32,000 bases of DNA. Source: Mycobacterium leprae TN. GTDB taxonomy: Bacteria > Actinomycetota > Actinomycetes > Mycobacteriales > Mycobacteriaceae. Positions 1 to 9,132 of this stretch are shown here, piece after piece; within the stretch, counting starts at the first letter, position 1; the number at the start of each line of letters is the position of its first letter. Both the position numbers and the translations under genes were made by a program. The stretch is taken from positions 2,430,001 through 2,462,000 of the forward strand of contig NC_002677.1 in NCBI RefSeq assembly GCF_000195855.1, read 5' to 3'. The notes beneath the pieces are model-generated. The model was not told the origin of the DNA, ran no database searches, and saw only the letters and a list, made by a program, of their open reading frames with translations.

Positions 1-56
1 CCACCATATCAATCGCAGGTCACTACGTTAAATTTTAGACGAGACTGCACTAAAAA

Positions 57-93
57 CCTACTTAGGCCTACTTAGGTTAGACTCCACTAATAT
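57..93 (+). promoter_or_regulatory. Candidate IdeR-type iron box (72-90) overlapping a -10-like TAATAT (88-93), preceded by a perfect 10-bp tandem CCTACTTAGG x2 (57-76)
   Basis: TTAGGTTAGACTCCACTAA at 72-90 matches the remembered mycobacterial iron-box consensus TTAGGTTAGGCTAACCTAA at 15 of 19 positions, with the left half perfect. It lies about 100 nt upstream of the bfd-like ATG. The tandem repeat was read directly from the sequence. Confidence 0.4.
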
Positions 94-195
94 GCGACCT
101 GTTTGCCCGACGGCATCGCCTGGGTTTCTAATCAAGCGAGATACGATGAGCGCGCATCTAGTGAGGCATGTCACCTGCGGTCGGGAACTTTGCTG

Positions 196-420
196 ATGTA
201 CGTCTGTCTGTGTGCCGGTGCCACCAACCAAACTGTGTGCGATGTCGTCGCACGTGGTGCGACGACGTCCAAGGAGATAGCAGCCGCTTGCGGAGCGGGC
301 AGTGACTGCGGACGCTGCCGACGCACATTGCGGGCGATCATCGCCGCCTCAAACCCGACTGTGAAGCCTGACTTAACCCGACCAGCTAAACAATATGTCA
401 AATTGCGTGGCGGTCGGTGA
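196..420 (+). CDS. bfd: Bacterioferritin-associated ferredoxin-like (BFD-type 2Fe-2S) small protein, 74 aa
   Basis: MYVCLCAGATNQTV...GAGSDCGRCRRTL carries the C-x-C ... C-x2-C pattern typical of BFD-like [2Fe-2S] domains. The ORF track extends it to a TTG at 103, but family members normally start at the MYVC motif. No strong SD is visible. Confidence 0.7.
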   Translation: MYVCLCAGATNQTVCDVVARGATTSKEIAAACGAGSDCGRCRRTLRAIIAASNPTVKPDLTRPAKQYVKLRGGR

Positions 421-779
421 AGTCCACTCAAGCTACGGCGGTGGCCTGAACGCCCATACAGATCAGCGAAGTGAGGACTTCCTCGCACGGGTCGCTGCGG
501 CGATCTCAGCACAGATCGGTTCGATCCTCGTGGTGCTTGACTGCCATCCAACTTGAAATTGGCCTGGAGGCAAGGATTCGGCATGTCGGCAGGCTTCAGA
601 CAGCAGAACTTCCGGGTCGCACACCCGCCAGACCAGCCCCATGGGCAACGCTTCGTAGGCGTGAATCCATCTCCCGAGGGCATCAACAGCCAGGCAGCCC
701 GCCGACCCCGTCACTAGGTCTCTCGCTGTGATGTTTAACCGTTGCCGTGCATCCGCGTTCGCGCGATCAACACCACACA

Positions 780-1180
780 GCACACCGTTCCTTTGGCCAT
801 CATTCGGTCGTACTCTTGCCAGCTGTCATTGCTGCCGCTCGTAGCGGTAAAAACCTTATTACCTTGAACTTAAATTTTTAGAGTACAAAGCTGTAATTAG
901 TCGGCATCGGCCAGTCACGGCTGTGTCTCATCCGACCCGCTCCGTGCAGTCATCGACAGTCCCCCACTGCCATTCGCTGGGGAAGGTTATGACCAGCTAC
1001 GACCGGGCCTGCAGATTGGCGATTTTCACTTTCCTCCAGGCGGTAGAACCTATAAAAAGAGGATTCGCCACTGGCGGGGTTTGGCAACAGGACGACATTA
1101 ACTAACGAAGTCTGCACCGTTTCGCCAGAGTGAACCGTGGAGACCACCGCTAGATCGTTTTCTATCGCTGCGAACGCCAC
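780..1180 (-). pseudogene. Possible remnant of a PPOX-class (F420-dependent, pyridoxamine-phosphate-oxidase fold) gene
   Basis: The minus-strand fragment LAVVSTVHSGETVQTSLVNVVLLPNPASGESSF resembles the N-terminal strand pattern of PPOX-class F420 enzymes. The frame then collapses into stops. The position matches where I would expect the Rv1875 counterpart. The call is weak. Confidence 0.25.
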
Positions 1181-1983
1181 AGTATTAGTTAAATGTTGTT
1201 TAGTATCCTCCTAGGAGGTCCTCGCTCATCTGAAACGGTGACTTGAACATGTAGCAGCTAGTTGGAACAACGTCAATATTTTTGTTCACGCCAAATGCAG
1301 TTGTGCTAAGTAATTGCTCAGCTTAGCCCATGTTGCAGATCGTTGTCGTAGGTGTCCTCGAAGAAAGCCTTCAGACCGATGATCGCCTCCGCTAGGAACA
1401 ACTCTTTGACGGTACCCGTGCTTCCCGGCGAGTGTGAAGTGAGAGTACGTACGACCCCAGCCTGGATGTACCCAAATGTCAGCTATATCTCAATGATCAC
1501 CTACGTGTGGCCACGTTGCCAACGACCCAGTCAAGTCCCCCTGTTCTAGGGGAATGAACTGGCATGGCAGAACAATGTTTCCTAAACACGTTGTACGAAT
1601 ACATGATTCAGTAACAATCGGCGTCAGTGGGATCGATTCTGTCATCAAATACACGCCGAGTTGATCGCACTCCTAAGCCAGCCACTTAAGTGCTATCGCC
1701 GTCTGATCAGCAGAGCATTGCTGAGTCCACAGAGTCACCACCAGCAGCAACGTTGTAAACGTCATGAATTTGAGTGGCGAACCGCGCTATTATGTGGACG
1801 TCGATCAAGAACCCGGGAAACCGAACCCAACAGCGCATCGGCGACCGCGCCCCCCTGGGAGCGTACCAACCATCATCGGACTCAGCACGCATAAGCAGGG
1901 CGATTATCTTTTCCTACTAGGGCGAGCTTACCGTCGCTGGCATGGGCATGAGGACGATCTCTGGTTTGCCGGTACCCGAACTG

Positions 1984-2919
1984 CTATGCGACCAGCCGCA
2001 CATGATGCTCTGTACTAATCAACTCACCAATGATCTTGGCAATCTGCCGATAGGAAGCACTGCGACCGCTAGCGGAGCGGAAAGCCAGACCAATCCGTCT
2101 CCCGGGGCAGGGGGCAGCGAACTGGGCAAGTCCAAGTTTGCTACGCACCGACTCGACAGGCGCAGCACTCTGCGGGAGCAGCGTCACCCCCAACCCGCCG
2201 GTCACGCATTGCACAGCGGTCGCCAACGACGCTGCGCGGGTGTTAGCCAGCTCGGCCTGCACTCCCGATTTCCGGCAGATATCGAGGGTCTGGTCTCGCA
2301 AGCAATGACCCTCATCCAACAACAACAGCGGCAATTGCGCCAGTGCCGTTGTCGGCACCCGGCGCTTGCCGGAAAGCGGATGCCCTGGGGGTAGCGCGAG
2401 GACAAAATCCTCATCATAGATTGGTATCTCGGCAATCCCGGCAGTTTCAACCGGTAAGGCGATCATTGCAGCATCTAATGCCCCCTCACGCAACGCGGTC
2501 AGCAGGTGCTCTGTCTGGTCCTCGACCACTCGCAAGGTTAACGTCGGCAGCCGATGGGTGAGTCCAGTCAACATCGTCGGCAGCACATACGGCGCCACGG
2601 TGGGAATCAGTCCAAGGCGCATGCCACCTCGCAGCGGATCCGATTCGCCGGCAGCTGCTGCGGTGAACGCGTCCATCGCCTCGATCGCAGCCTGGGCGCG
2701 TGGTAGTAGGTGCCTACCCTGCGTCGTCACGAAAACCCGTCGGGTAGAACGTTCGATCAGCTGCACACCAAGTCCGGACTCCAGCGCCGCTAACGCCTGC
2801 GACAACGTCGACTGCCTCACGCCGAGAAAGCTTGCCGCGGCGCTGAAGTGACCCTTCTCAACCACTGCGACAAAGGCGCGAAGCCCAGCGATGGTGGGCT
2901 GATAACTCTTATCACTCAT
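1984..2919 (-). CDS. oxyR: LysR-family peroxide-sensing regulator OxyR, 311 aa, apparently intact
   Basis: It has an N-terminal wHTH ([29 protein letters not shown]) and a redox Cys context ([19 protein letters not shown]). It is divergent from ahpC. The preferred start is MSDKSYQPT (ATG 2919); the ORF track start at 2946 would add 9 aa. Confidence 0.9.
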   Translation of the reverse strand: MSDKSYQPTIAGLRAFVAVVEKGHFSAAASFLGVRQSTLSQALAALESGLGVQLIERSTRRVFVTTQGRHLLPRAQAAIEAMDAFTAAAAGESDPLRGGMRLGLIPTVAPYVLPTMLTGLTHRLPTLTLRVVEDQTEHLLTALREGALDAAMIALPVETAGIAEIPIYDEDFVLALPPGHPLSGKRRVPTTALAQLPLLLLDEGHCLRDQTLDICRKSGVQAELANTRAASLATAVQCVTGGLGVTLLPQSAAPVESVRSKLGLAQFAAPCPGRRIGLAFRSASGRSASYRQIAKIIGELISTEHHVRLVA

Positions 2920-2946
2920 ACCGATAAGTATAGTGTGATATATCAC
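2908..2946. promoter_or_regulatory. Candidate OxyR operator in the oxyR-ahpC divergent region: LTTR-type CTTATC-N9-GATAAG (2908-2928) plus the perfect 12-bp palindrome GTGATATATCAC (2935-2946)
   Basis: Both dyads were read directly. The ATC-N9-GAT core fits the classical LysR T-N11-A box and overlaps the oxyR start codon (2917-2919). ATAGTGT recurs at 2930 and 2983, 53 bp apart. Confidence 0.45.
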
Positions 2947-3028
2947 CTTTACTTCAGACCAAACTCACGGCAACCTTGAAGGATAGTGTAAAAATCTGAT
3001 TTTGAATCAATCCAAACAAGGATCGGAT

Positions 3029-3616
3029 ATGTCATTGCTATCAATTGGCCAACAGTTCCCCGCCTACCAACTCACCGCGCTGATCGGCGGCGACTTATCA
3101 AAGGTTGACGCACAGCAGCCTGGTGACTACTTCACCACCGTCTCCAGTGACAGCCACCCAGGCAAGTGGCGCGTAGTGTTCTTCTGGCCGAAGGACTTCA
3201 CCTTCATTTGTCCGACCGAAATCGCGGCGTTCGGCAAGCTGAACGAAGAGTTCGAAGGCCGTGGAGCGCAGATTCTCGGAGTTTCGATCGACAGCGAATT
3301 CGTGCACTTCCAGTGGCGTGCACAGCACGAGGACCTCAAGCGGCTTCCCTTCCCGATGCTCTCGGACATCAAGCGGGAGCTTTCTGCGGCCAGCGGAGCA
3401 CTCAACGCCGATGGTGTTGCTGACCGTGTGACGTTCATCGTCGATCCCGACAACGATATCCAGTTCGTCTCGGTCACCGCGGGTTCCGTGGGACGCAACG
3501 TGGAAGAGGTGCTGCGGGTGCTCGATGCCCTACAATCCGACCAACTGTGTGCATGCAACTGGCGCAAGGGCGACCCGACTCTGAACGCGACTGAATTGCT
3601 CAAGACGTCAGCCTGA
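3029..3616 (+). CDS. ahpC: Alkyl hydroperoxide reductase C (typical 2-Cys peroxiredoxin), 195 aa
   Basis: MSLLSIGQQFPAYQLTALIGGDLSKVD...FFWPKDFTFICPTEI...CACNWRKGDPTL is colinear with M. tuberculosis AhpC as I recall it. AAGGAT lies about 8 nt upstream of the ATG at 3029. Confidence 0.95.
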   Translation: MSLLSIGQQFPAYQLTALIGGDLSKVDAQQPGDYFTTVSSDSHPGKWRVVFFWPKDFTFICPTEIAAFGKLNEEFEGRGAQILGVSIDSEFVHFQWRAQHEDLKRLPFPMLSDIKRELSAASGALNADGVADRVTFIVDPDNDIQFVSVTAGSVGRNVEEVLRVLDALQSDQLCACNWRKGDPTLNATELLKTSA

Positions 3617-3655
3617 CCGGGGCAGGCCTGATCTCCAACTTAGATTGGAAGGCAT

Positions 3656-4142
3656 ATGAGCATCGAGGACCTCAAGGTCGCGCTGCCGGAGTACACCAAG
3701 AACTTCAAGCTCATCCTGGGCTCAATCGCCCGCAACACCGTACTGAACGAGAAGCAGCTATAGGGCACGCTGTTCCATAACGTTGCAGCGACGCGGAACG
3801 CGCAAATGCCTACCCTAGAGTCGACCGCCGAAGCAGCCAATTCGTCCGGGTTCTACCTCGGCCGTGGCTTCCTCGACAGTCAACATGGCGATCTGCATTC
3901 TGAGTTGCGGATGAATATCATCGCCAACCCGGGAGTCGACACAAGACGCTTTCGAGCAGTAGTCCTCTGCGGTATCGCCGATCAATGGGTGCTCGCACTG
4001 CGTTGTAGACCATGAGCACACGCTGCGTGAAGCAGGTACGGATCGAAAGGCGTTATCGGAAGCGTTGTAAGGTCACGCAGTTATTGTTTCCGATGTAGCA
4101 CAGTGGATTACCACCGCTGAGATACTGTCCACGATCGGCTGA
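3656..4142 (+). pseudogene. ahpD: ahpD (alkylhydroperoxidase, AhpC reductase) pseudogene
   Basis: [19 protein letters not shown]... runs into an in-frame TAG at 3761-3763. An internal block is missing. The catalytic INGCSHC (3981-4001) is readable only in the +1 frame. A TAA at 4068-4070 precedes the ancestral stop at 4140-4142. Confidence 0.85.
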
Positions 4143-4189
4143 TCATCAGCGCGGTGAAGGTGCCCACGCGGTTCCACTTAATGTGATTC

Positions 4190-5490
4190 TGGTAGCAGGT
4201 CTATACGCTGGGTTTCTTAGGCCCCTTCCTCGCGCCCCGTCACTGGGCCTACCGGGCCCAGGCGAACATTAGCTCATTAGCTGCGGCTGCTGGTCGGCTG
4301 GTTTGATCACACCATCGAATATTCGGGGGCATCTGGGATTGCGTTGGGGAATCGATCTTTCCCTGAGTCACAGATGGCTACGACACCACCGACCACTACA
4401 TGTATCGATCCCAGGCTCGGTGACGACGCCGACTTCGACTAACTGCTCGCCGAAGCGCACCGCCGGGGCCTGCGTGTTCTGCTCGACAGCATGTTTAATG
4501 ACGTCAGCGTGCACTGGAAACACTATCCGCAATGCACCGCACAACAGCGGCGTCGGCACGCTAGTTTCGGGGAGCACGATCGTTTCCACACACTCAACAC
4601 ACGCTCAAGGGGCACTCCGGCCTCGTGACCCTCAACCACGATAACCTCGAAGGTTGCAGACTACGTCACCAACGGCATGGGGCACTGATTGCAGCGTGGC
4701 GCTGACAGTTAGCGACTAAATGCAACTTATGCTGTACAGCAAGTATTCTGGAATACAACAGTACCAAAAGTCTGCGAACTGCATCCGGATGCTTGGTGCG
4801 TCGGCGAGTTCATTCACAGCGATTATGCATCCGTGGCCGGCTCCGCCGGATGCAACTCCGTCACCCAATACGAGCTGTGGAAAGAGCTCTAGAGCAGCCG
4901 CAGCGATGGCAACTTCATCGAGCTGGGTTAGGCGCTGCAACGAAACAACAAGTTGCTGCCGAGCTTTGCGCTGCTGAACTTCAGCTGTAACCACGATGTG
5001 AGCCGTATCGCCAGCCAGCTTGGACAGCCTGAACATCTGACCCATGCGCTAATAATCTTGCTGACCGTCGCCGGCGTACCCAGCGTGTACGCCGGCGACG
5101 AGTTCGGGTTTCGCGGTCTCAAGGAAGAACGCTACGGCGTTGACGACGCGGTACTTCCGGAGTTCTTCTCTCCCCCAATGCAATTAGATGTATTCGGCGT
5201 CCATGCGTGGGCGCTGCACCAGTATCTGATCGGGCTGCGTCGGCGCCACCCGTAGCTGCACTTCTGCATCGACTGTCGCCCTGCGGCTGGACAACCGGAA
5301 CTACGTCTATCAGCTACGCAATGGCCGGAATCTGCGGGAAGCACTGCTGGTCACATCCAACATGGACAACGAGCCGTTGCACCTAGTGCTGGCTGAGATG
5401 GTCACCAAGCAAGCACACTTTGTCGCCAGATCAGCAACACTGCCCCAAGAGATCGTCGGCTCGGTGGTCGGCGAGGCTCACGGCTGGTAG
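4190..5490 (+). pseudogene. GH13 (alpha-amylase family) glycoside hydrolase pseudogene
   Basis: GH13 signatures are spread over several frames: HGYDTTDHY, RRGLRVLLDSMFN, NHDVSRIASQLG and AGVPSVYAGDEFGFRGLKEE. There is an in-frame TAG at 5253-5255 and multiple frame changes. Confidence 0.7.
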
Positions 5491-5558
5491 ATCTTGCAAC
5501 CAACATAGGTTAGATTGCCCAGGCGAGCATGGGTCGACCACAGTAAGGATGGGAAACG

Positions 5559-6803
5559 ATGGCAGCCAAACGGCGGATGCCCAGAGTCCACGACCTGGCC
5601 CCGCTGATCCAGTTCAAACGGCCCAAATTCGGAGCGACCAAACGCCGCCTCGAGGCCGCGCTGACCATTCAGGATCTGCGGTGCATTGCCAAACAGCGCA
5701 CCCCAAAGGCCGCGTTCGACTATACCGATGGCGCCGCCGAGGACGAGCTATCCATTAAACGAGCCCAACAAGCCTTCCGCGACATCGAGTTTCACCCGGC
5801 TATCTTGCGTGATGTCACGAACGTATGCGCCGGATGGGATGTGCTCGGGCATTCGGTCTTGTTGCCGTTCGGAATCGCGCCAACCGGATTCACTCGGTTG
5901 ATGCATACCGAGGGTGAGATTGCCGGCGCGCGGGCTGCTGCTGCAGCCGGGATCCCATTTTCGTTATCCACTCTCGCCACCTCTGCGATCGAAGATGTAG
6001 TGGCCGCCGTTCCGCAGGGCCGCAAATGGTTTCAGCTGTACATGTGGCGGGATCGTGACCGCTCAATGGCGTTGGTCGAGCGCGCCGCCGACGCAGGGTA
6101 CGATGCCCTGCTGGTCACGGTCGACGTTCCGGTCGCCGGCGCGCGGTTACGTGACACCCGCAACGGCATGTCGATCCCGCCGGCGTTAACACTGCGAACT
6201 GTGTTCGACGCGCTGCCACACCCGCGCTGGTGGATTGACTTGTTGACTACCGAGCCTCTGGCATTCGCATCGTTAGATCGCTGGTCGGGCACTGTCAGCG
6301 ATTACTTAAACACCATGTTCGACCCCAGCGTCACTTTTGACGATCTGGCGTGGATTAAAACCCAATGGCCCGGCAAGTTCGTAGTGAAAGGAATCCAGAC
6401 GCTCGACGACGCTCGCGCCGTCGTTGAGCGCGGTATCGACGGTGTCGTGTTGTCCAATCACGGCGGGCGGCAACTTGACCGGGCACCGGTGCCCTTCCAT
6501 CTACTACCTACGGTGGCGCGTGAATTCGGCAAGGACACCGAGATACTGTTAGATACCGGTATCATGTCCGGCGCTGACATTGTGGCAGCAATTGCACTGG
6601 GAGCCCGGTGCACACTGGTCGGGCGAGCCTACCTCTACGGGTTGATGGCCGGTGGCGAAGCGGGCGTCAGGCGCGCGATCGAAATCCTGGAAAGCGGGGT
6701 GATCCGCACGATGCAACTTTTAGGTGTGACCTGTTTAGAGGAACTCTCGCCCAGACATGTGACGCAACTACAGCGACTGGGCCCCATTGAACCACCAGCA
6801 TGA
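5559..6803 (+). CDS. lldD2: FMN-dependent L-lactate dehydrogenase (cytochrome type), 414 aa
   Basis: It is a full-length alpha-hydroxyacid dehydrogenase with SNHGGRQLD and [11 protein letters not shown] motifs. It is near-colinear with M. tuberculosis LldD2 (Rv1872c) as recalled. Confidence 0.93.
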   Translation: MAAKRRMPRVHDLAPLIQFKRPKFGATKRRLEAALTIQDLRCIAKQRTPKAAFDYTDGAAEDELSIKRAQQAFRDIEFHPAILRDVTNVCAGWDVLGHSVLLPFGIAPTGFTRLMHTEGEIAGARAAAAAGIPFSLSTLATSAIEDVVAAVPQGRKWFQLYMWRDRDRSMALVERAADAGYDALLVTVDVPVAGARLRDTRNGMSIPPALTLRTVFDALPHPRWWIDLLTTEPLAFASLDRWSGTVSDYLNTMFDPSVTFDDLAWIKTQWPGKFVVKGIQTLDDARAVVERGIDGVVLSNHGGRQLDRAPVPFHLLPTVAREFGKDTEILLDTGIMSGADIVAAIALGARCTLVGRAYLYGLMAGGEAGVRRAIEILESGVIRTMQLLGVTCLEELSPRHVTQLQRLGPIEPPA

Positions 6804-6931
6804 CGTAACTAACGTGACGCGGGCGCCGCAGTGTTTCTTACCCCGCATCGAAGCAACCAGCCTCAATCATCGCAGAGCTCACTGGGCTTCGTCTCGTTAG
6901 GTTCGGAGCGAGCTCTACTCTAATATAGACT

Positions 6932-7190
6932 ATGAAGACCACTAATTTCCGTACCAGATGATACGTTCGATCACGTTTCGTGGCAAGCGCGTGATCTCCG
7001 CATGAGCCGGTCGGAGTTCTTCACACGAGCCGCATAGCGCTAAATGGACAAATGGGACGGCCAATCTTTGACCAGACAAATTGACAACGTTTTGGCGTAC
7101 CTGGGTTATGGACCTGATGACAGCGATGACATGGAAGCCGCCGTGGTGGCTGTCGGGCACCTGGTGCCCGACAGCCACCACGGCGGGTGA
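6932..7190 (+). pseudogene. Ribbon-helix-helix antitoxin (MazE/CopG-like) pseudogene
   Basis: MKTT, then after a frameshift LISVPDDTFDHVSWQARDLRMSRSEFFTRAA, followed by TAG and TAA. The C-terminal part, LTRQIDNVLAYLG...DDMEAAVVA, ends at the TGA at 7188-7190, which overlaps the next gene's start in a GTGATG arrangement. Confidence 0.65.
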
Positions 7191-7526
7191 TGATCACCCG
7201 CGGTAGATATCTACTGGGCCGATCTCGGCGCGCTCTCTGGTAACGGACCTGGCAAACGTCGTCCGGTGGTCGCGATCCAATCCGATTTGTACAACGCCAG
7301 TCGCCTTATCGCGGTGTTAGCCGCCGTGATAGCCGGCCCGTACAAGGCGAGCAACCATGCCAGGCAGCATGTTCCTAACCACTATCCATAGCAGGATTGC
7401 CACACGACTCGGTCGTCAACGTCACCGCACTTGTTACTCTGCACAAAGCCGATCTAATCAGGGAAATACCGTCGGGCTTGATGTACGAAGGTCGACCGCA
7501 GACTTCGTCGCGTGCTCAACCTTTGA
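7187..7526 (+). pseudogene. MazF/PemK-family endoribonuclease toxin pseudogene
   Basis: The fragments DIYWADLGALSGNGPGKRRPVVAIQSDLYNASRL, MPGSMFL, LPHDSVVNVTALVTLHKADL and RRLRRVLNL lie in three different frames. They are closest to M. tuberculosis MazF6 as I remember it. Confidence 0.7.
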
Positions 7527-7804
7527 CATAAATCGATTGTTTCCTAAAAATTTTCGACGATTACTACCGAACCCCTGTTTGGGATCATCCTGGTCACGAT
7601 GGTTGCACAACTCGTCCGTCAAGCTCGAACCGCTTTCAGATAGCCTCCTCCACACTTTGCAGCTCCCGCTGCCACATTGCTGGGTTGATATTTTCGTTGG
7701 CGTTTTCCATCCCGGCAGATAACGCCAGGAATAGCGTGTCGCTGAAACGCAGACCGACACACGTTTGCCGCCGCGTCATCGTAGTATTTGAGACAATCAC
7801 AGTC

Positions 7805-8062
7805 ATGACCAATTTGTGGGATTTGAAACAGAAGGTAATTTACAGCATTCAATGGCTGGTGGTCAATTCATTAGGTCACCAGCTGCCGAGGACAATGCTG
7901 GAAACTATTCGCCGTAAAACTGGTCAGCCGTGGCGGACCGCAGCCGGTGTTCACCCGGTAGACAACCAGTTCGGAATGGTTTGCGAAAACAGCGAGTATT
8001 CGGATTACGTCTACAACATCAAGGCTAACACCGCTGTGCGAACGCACAAAAGTAAGATCTAG
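7805..8062 (+). pseudogene. Truncated DUF385-like (deazaflavin-dependent nitroreductase family) fragment
   Basis: LETIRRKTGQPWRTAAGVHPVDNQFGMVCENSEYSDYVYNIKANTAVR fits the TGRKSGxxRxTPV ... RNxxANPxVRV pattern. The frame stops after 85 codons, roughly half the family length. Confidence 0.35.
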
Positions 8063-8324
8063 CCAACCAGATTAGCAAACTGTTTGGTCCGGAACGCGGC
8101 GTCAAGGAGAAGCGAATGTTCGGTGGGCTGGCATTATGAATTAACAGCCATACAATCGGTGGCTGTTAACGGCCAGGGAGGGTTGCTGGTGCTGCCAAAA
8201 AAACACCGAGCAGCTGCTTGACCGGGAACATGTCAGCTCGATGGTTATGGCCGGTCGAAAAGCCCGAGGTTGTTTACACATTGACGCGGACGAAGTGAAG
8301 ACCAAAAGCAAACTGCAATCCTGA
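8056..8324 (+). pseudogene. TfoX N-terminal-domain family pseudogene
   Basis: GVKEKRMFGGLAL is followed by a TGA at 8137-8139. It continues as NGQGGLLVLP, and after a frame change at the A7 run (8197-8203) as TEQLLDREHVSSMVMAGRKARGCLHIDADEVKTKSKLQS. Confidence 0.45.
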
Positions 8325-9132
8325 GTTAGTTGCGGAGCAGACTATGCGAGATCACTCAAGCCAAAACAATACCTTCGGTAAGTTTACGTCCACCAGGACG
8401 GTGCCATATGTTTGTAAACATGGGCATCACGGTACGGGGTACGTCGTACCCAGCAACCAGCACACTGGGTACGACGACTGCTGAAGGTCAACTGAACCAC
8501 ATACTCGGCCGAAGCGGGAATCCGGATCAGCGGCATTGGCTTGCCATTGATCCGGTTGCTGGTGCTGTGCATGTTTGCTAGCAAGCCGATTGATACGACG
8601 ATGGCGGTGCGCGACGCGCAGGCACTGTTCGAAGCCGGCCTGCGTACGCAGCAGGCCGTGCTGACATCCGGCCAGCGTACTATGATCAGCGCATTTGGTC
8701 GGGCTCACTAAGTGCGTTATGACGAAAGCTCGTCCACCCAGCCCGGTCCAGCGACCGACATCGCGTAGCACATCCACGACGAGTACACGAATAATCTTCG
8801 CTAAATGACCCATTATAGCCGCAACGATGTTCCTACGGCTAAGCGAAGCAACTCTATCAAGAAGTTGAAAGGGATTAGCAATAACTAGTGCTGACATTTA
8901 TCTAAACGAAGTCCAAGATATATGGACAGGGTGCGACCGTACTTCGGTGAACGCGCCATAGCGACAACCAAAATATCAGGACTGCCCAACAACCCGGCAA
9001 AACTGGATACCTTGGCACCGCGCACTCATGCTTGTCTGGCTGCCAATCTAGTCAGGTCGACGCTCGACCACGACGTAACCCAGCACGTGGCCGGATAATC
9101 CTTGACTCCATCCCGTAGTAGACTAGGGGGGC

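Noticed and set aside
57-76. 10-bp tandem repeat considered as a CRISPR-like or VNTR element
   Set aside because: There are only two copies with no spacers, and the repeat is embedded in a promoter with iron-box-like half sites. I treated it as part of the regulatory region instead.
171-686. 171-aa minus-strand ORF overlapping the bfd-like gene
   Set aside because: It is antisense to a gene with a clear Cys motif. Its Arg/Pro/Ser-rich, low-complexity composition is typical of shadow ORFs in GC-rich DNA, and it has no recognisable domain.
1207-1218. Perfect 12-bp palindrome CCTCCTAGGAGG
   Set aside because: It is isolated and sits in decayed sequence with no adjacent intact gene. It contains SD and anti-SD-like halves by chance, and nothing supports a function.
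1942-2851. Plus-strand ORFs (1942-2394, 2343-2561, 2558-2851) opposite oxyR
   Set aside because: They are shadow frames of the intact oxyR coding strand, with Arg/Ala/Pro-rich sequences and no motifs.
3617-3655. GCCTG-accgggg-CAGGC hairpin between ahpC and ahpD as a terminator
   Set aside because: It has only a 5-bp stem and no U tract. The ahpC-ahpD spacing is consistent with an ancestral operon.
8427-8897. 156-aa minus-strand ORF in the decayed region between the TfoX-like and reductase remnants
   Set aside because: I could find no domain. Its composition is rich in Arg, His, Cys and Gln, and I saw no SD. The opposite strand shows fragments that look equally coding-like. It is probably a chance open frame in decayed DNA, but an HMM search would settle it.
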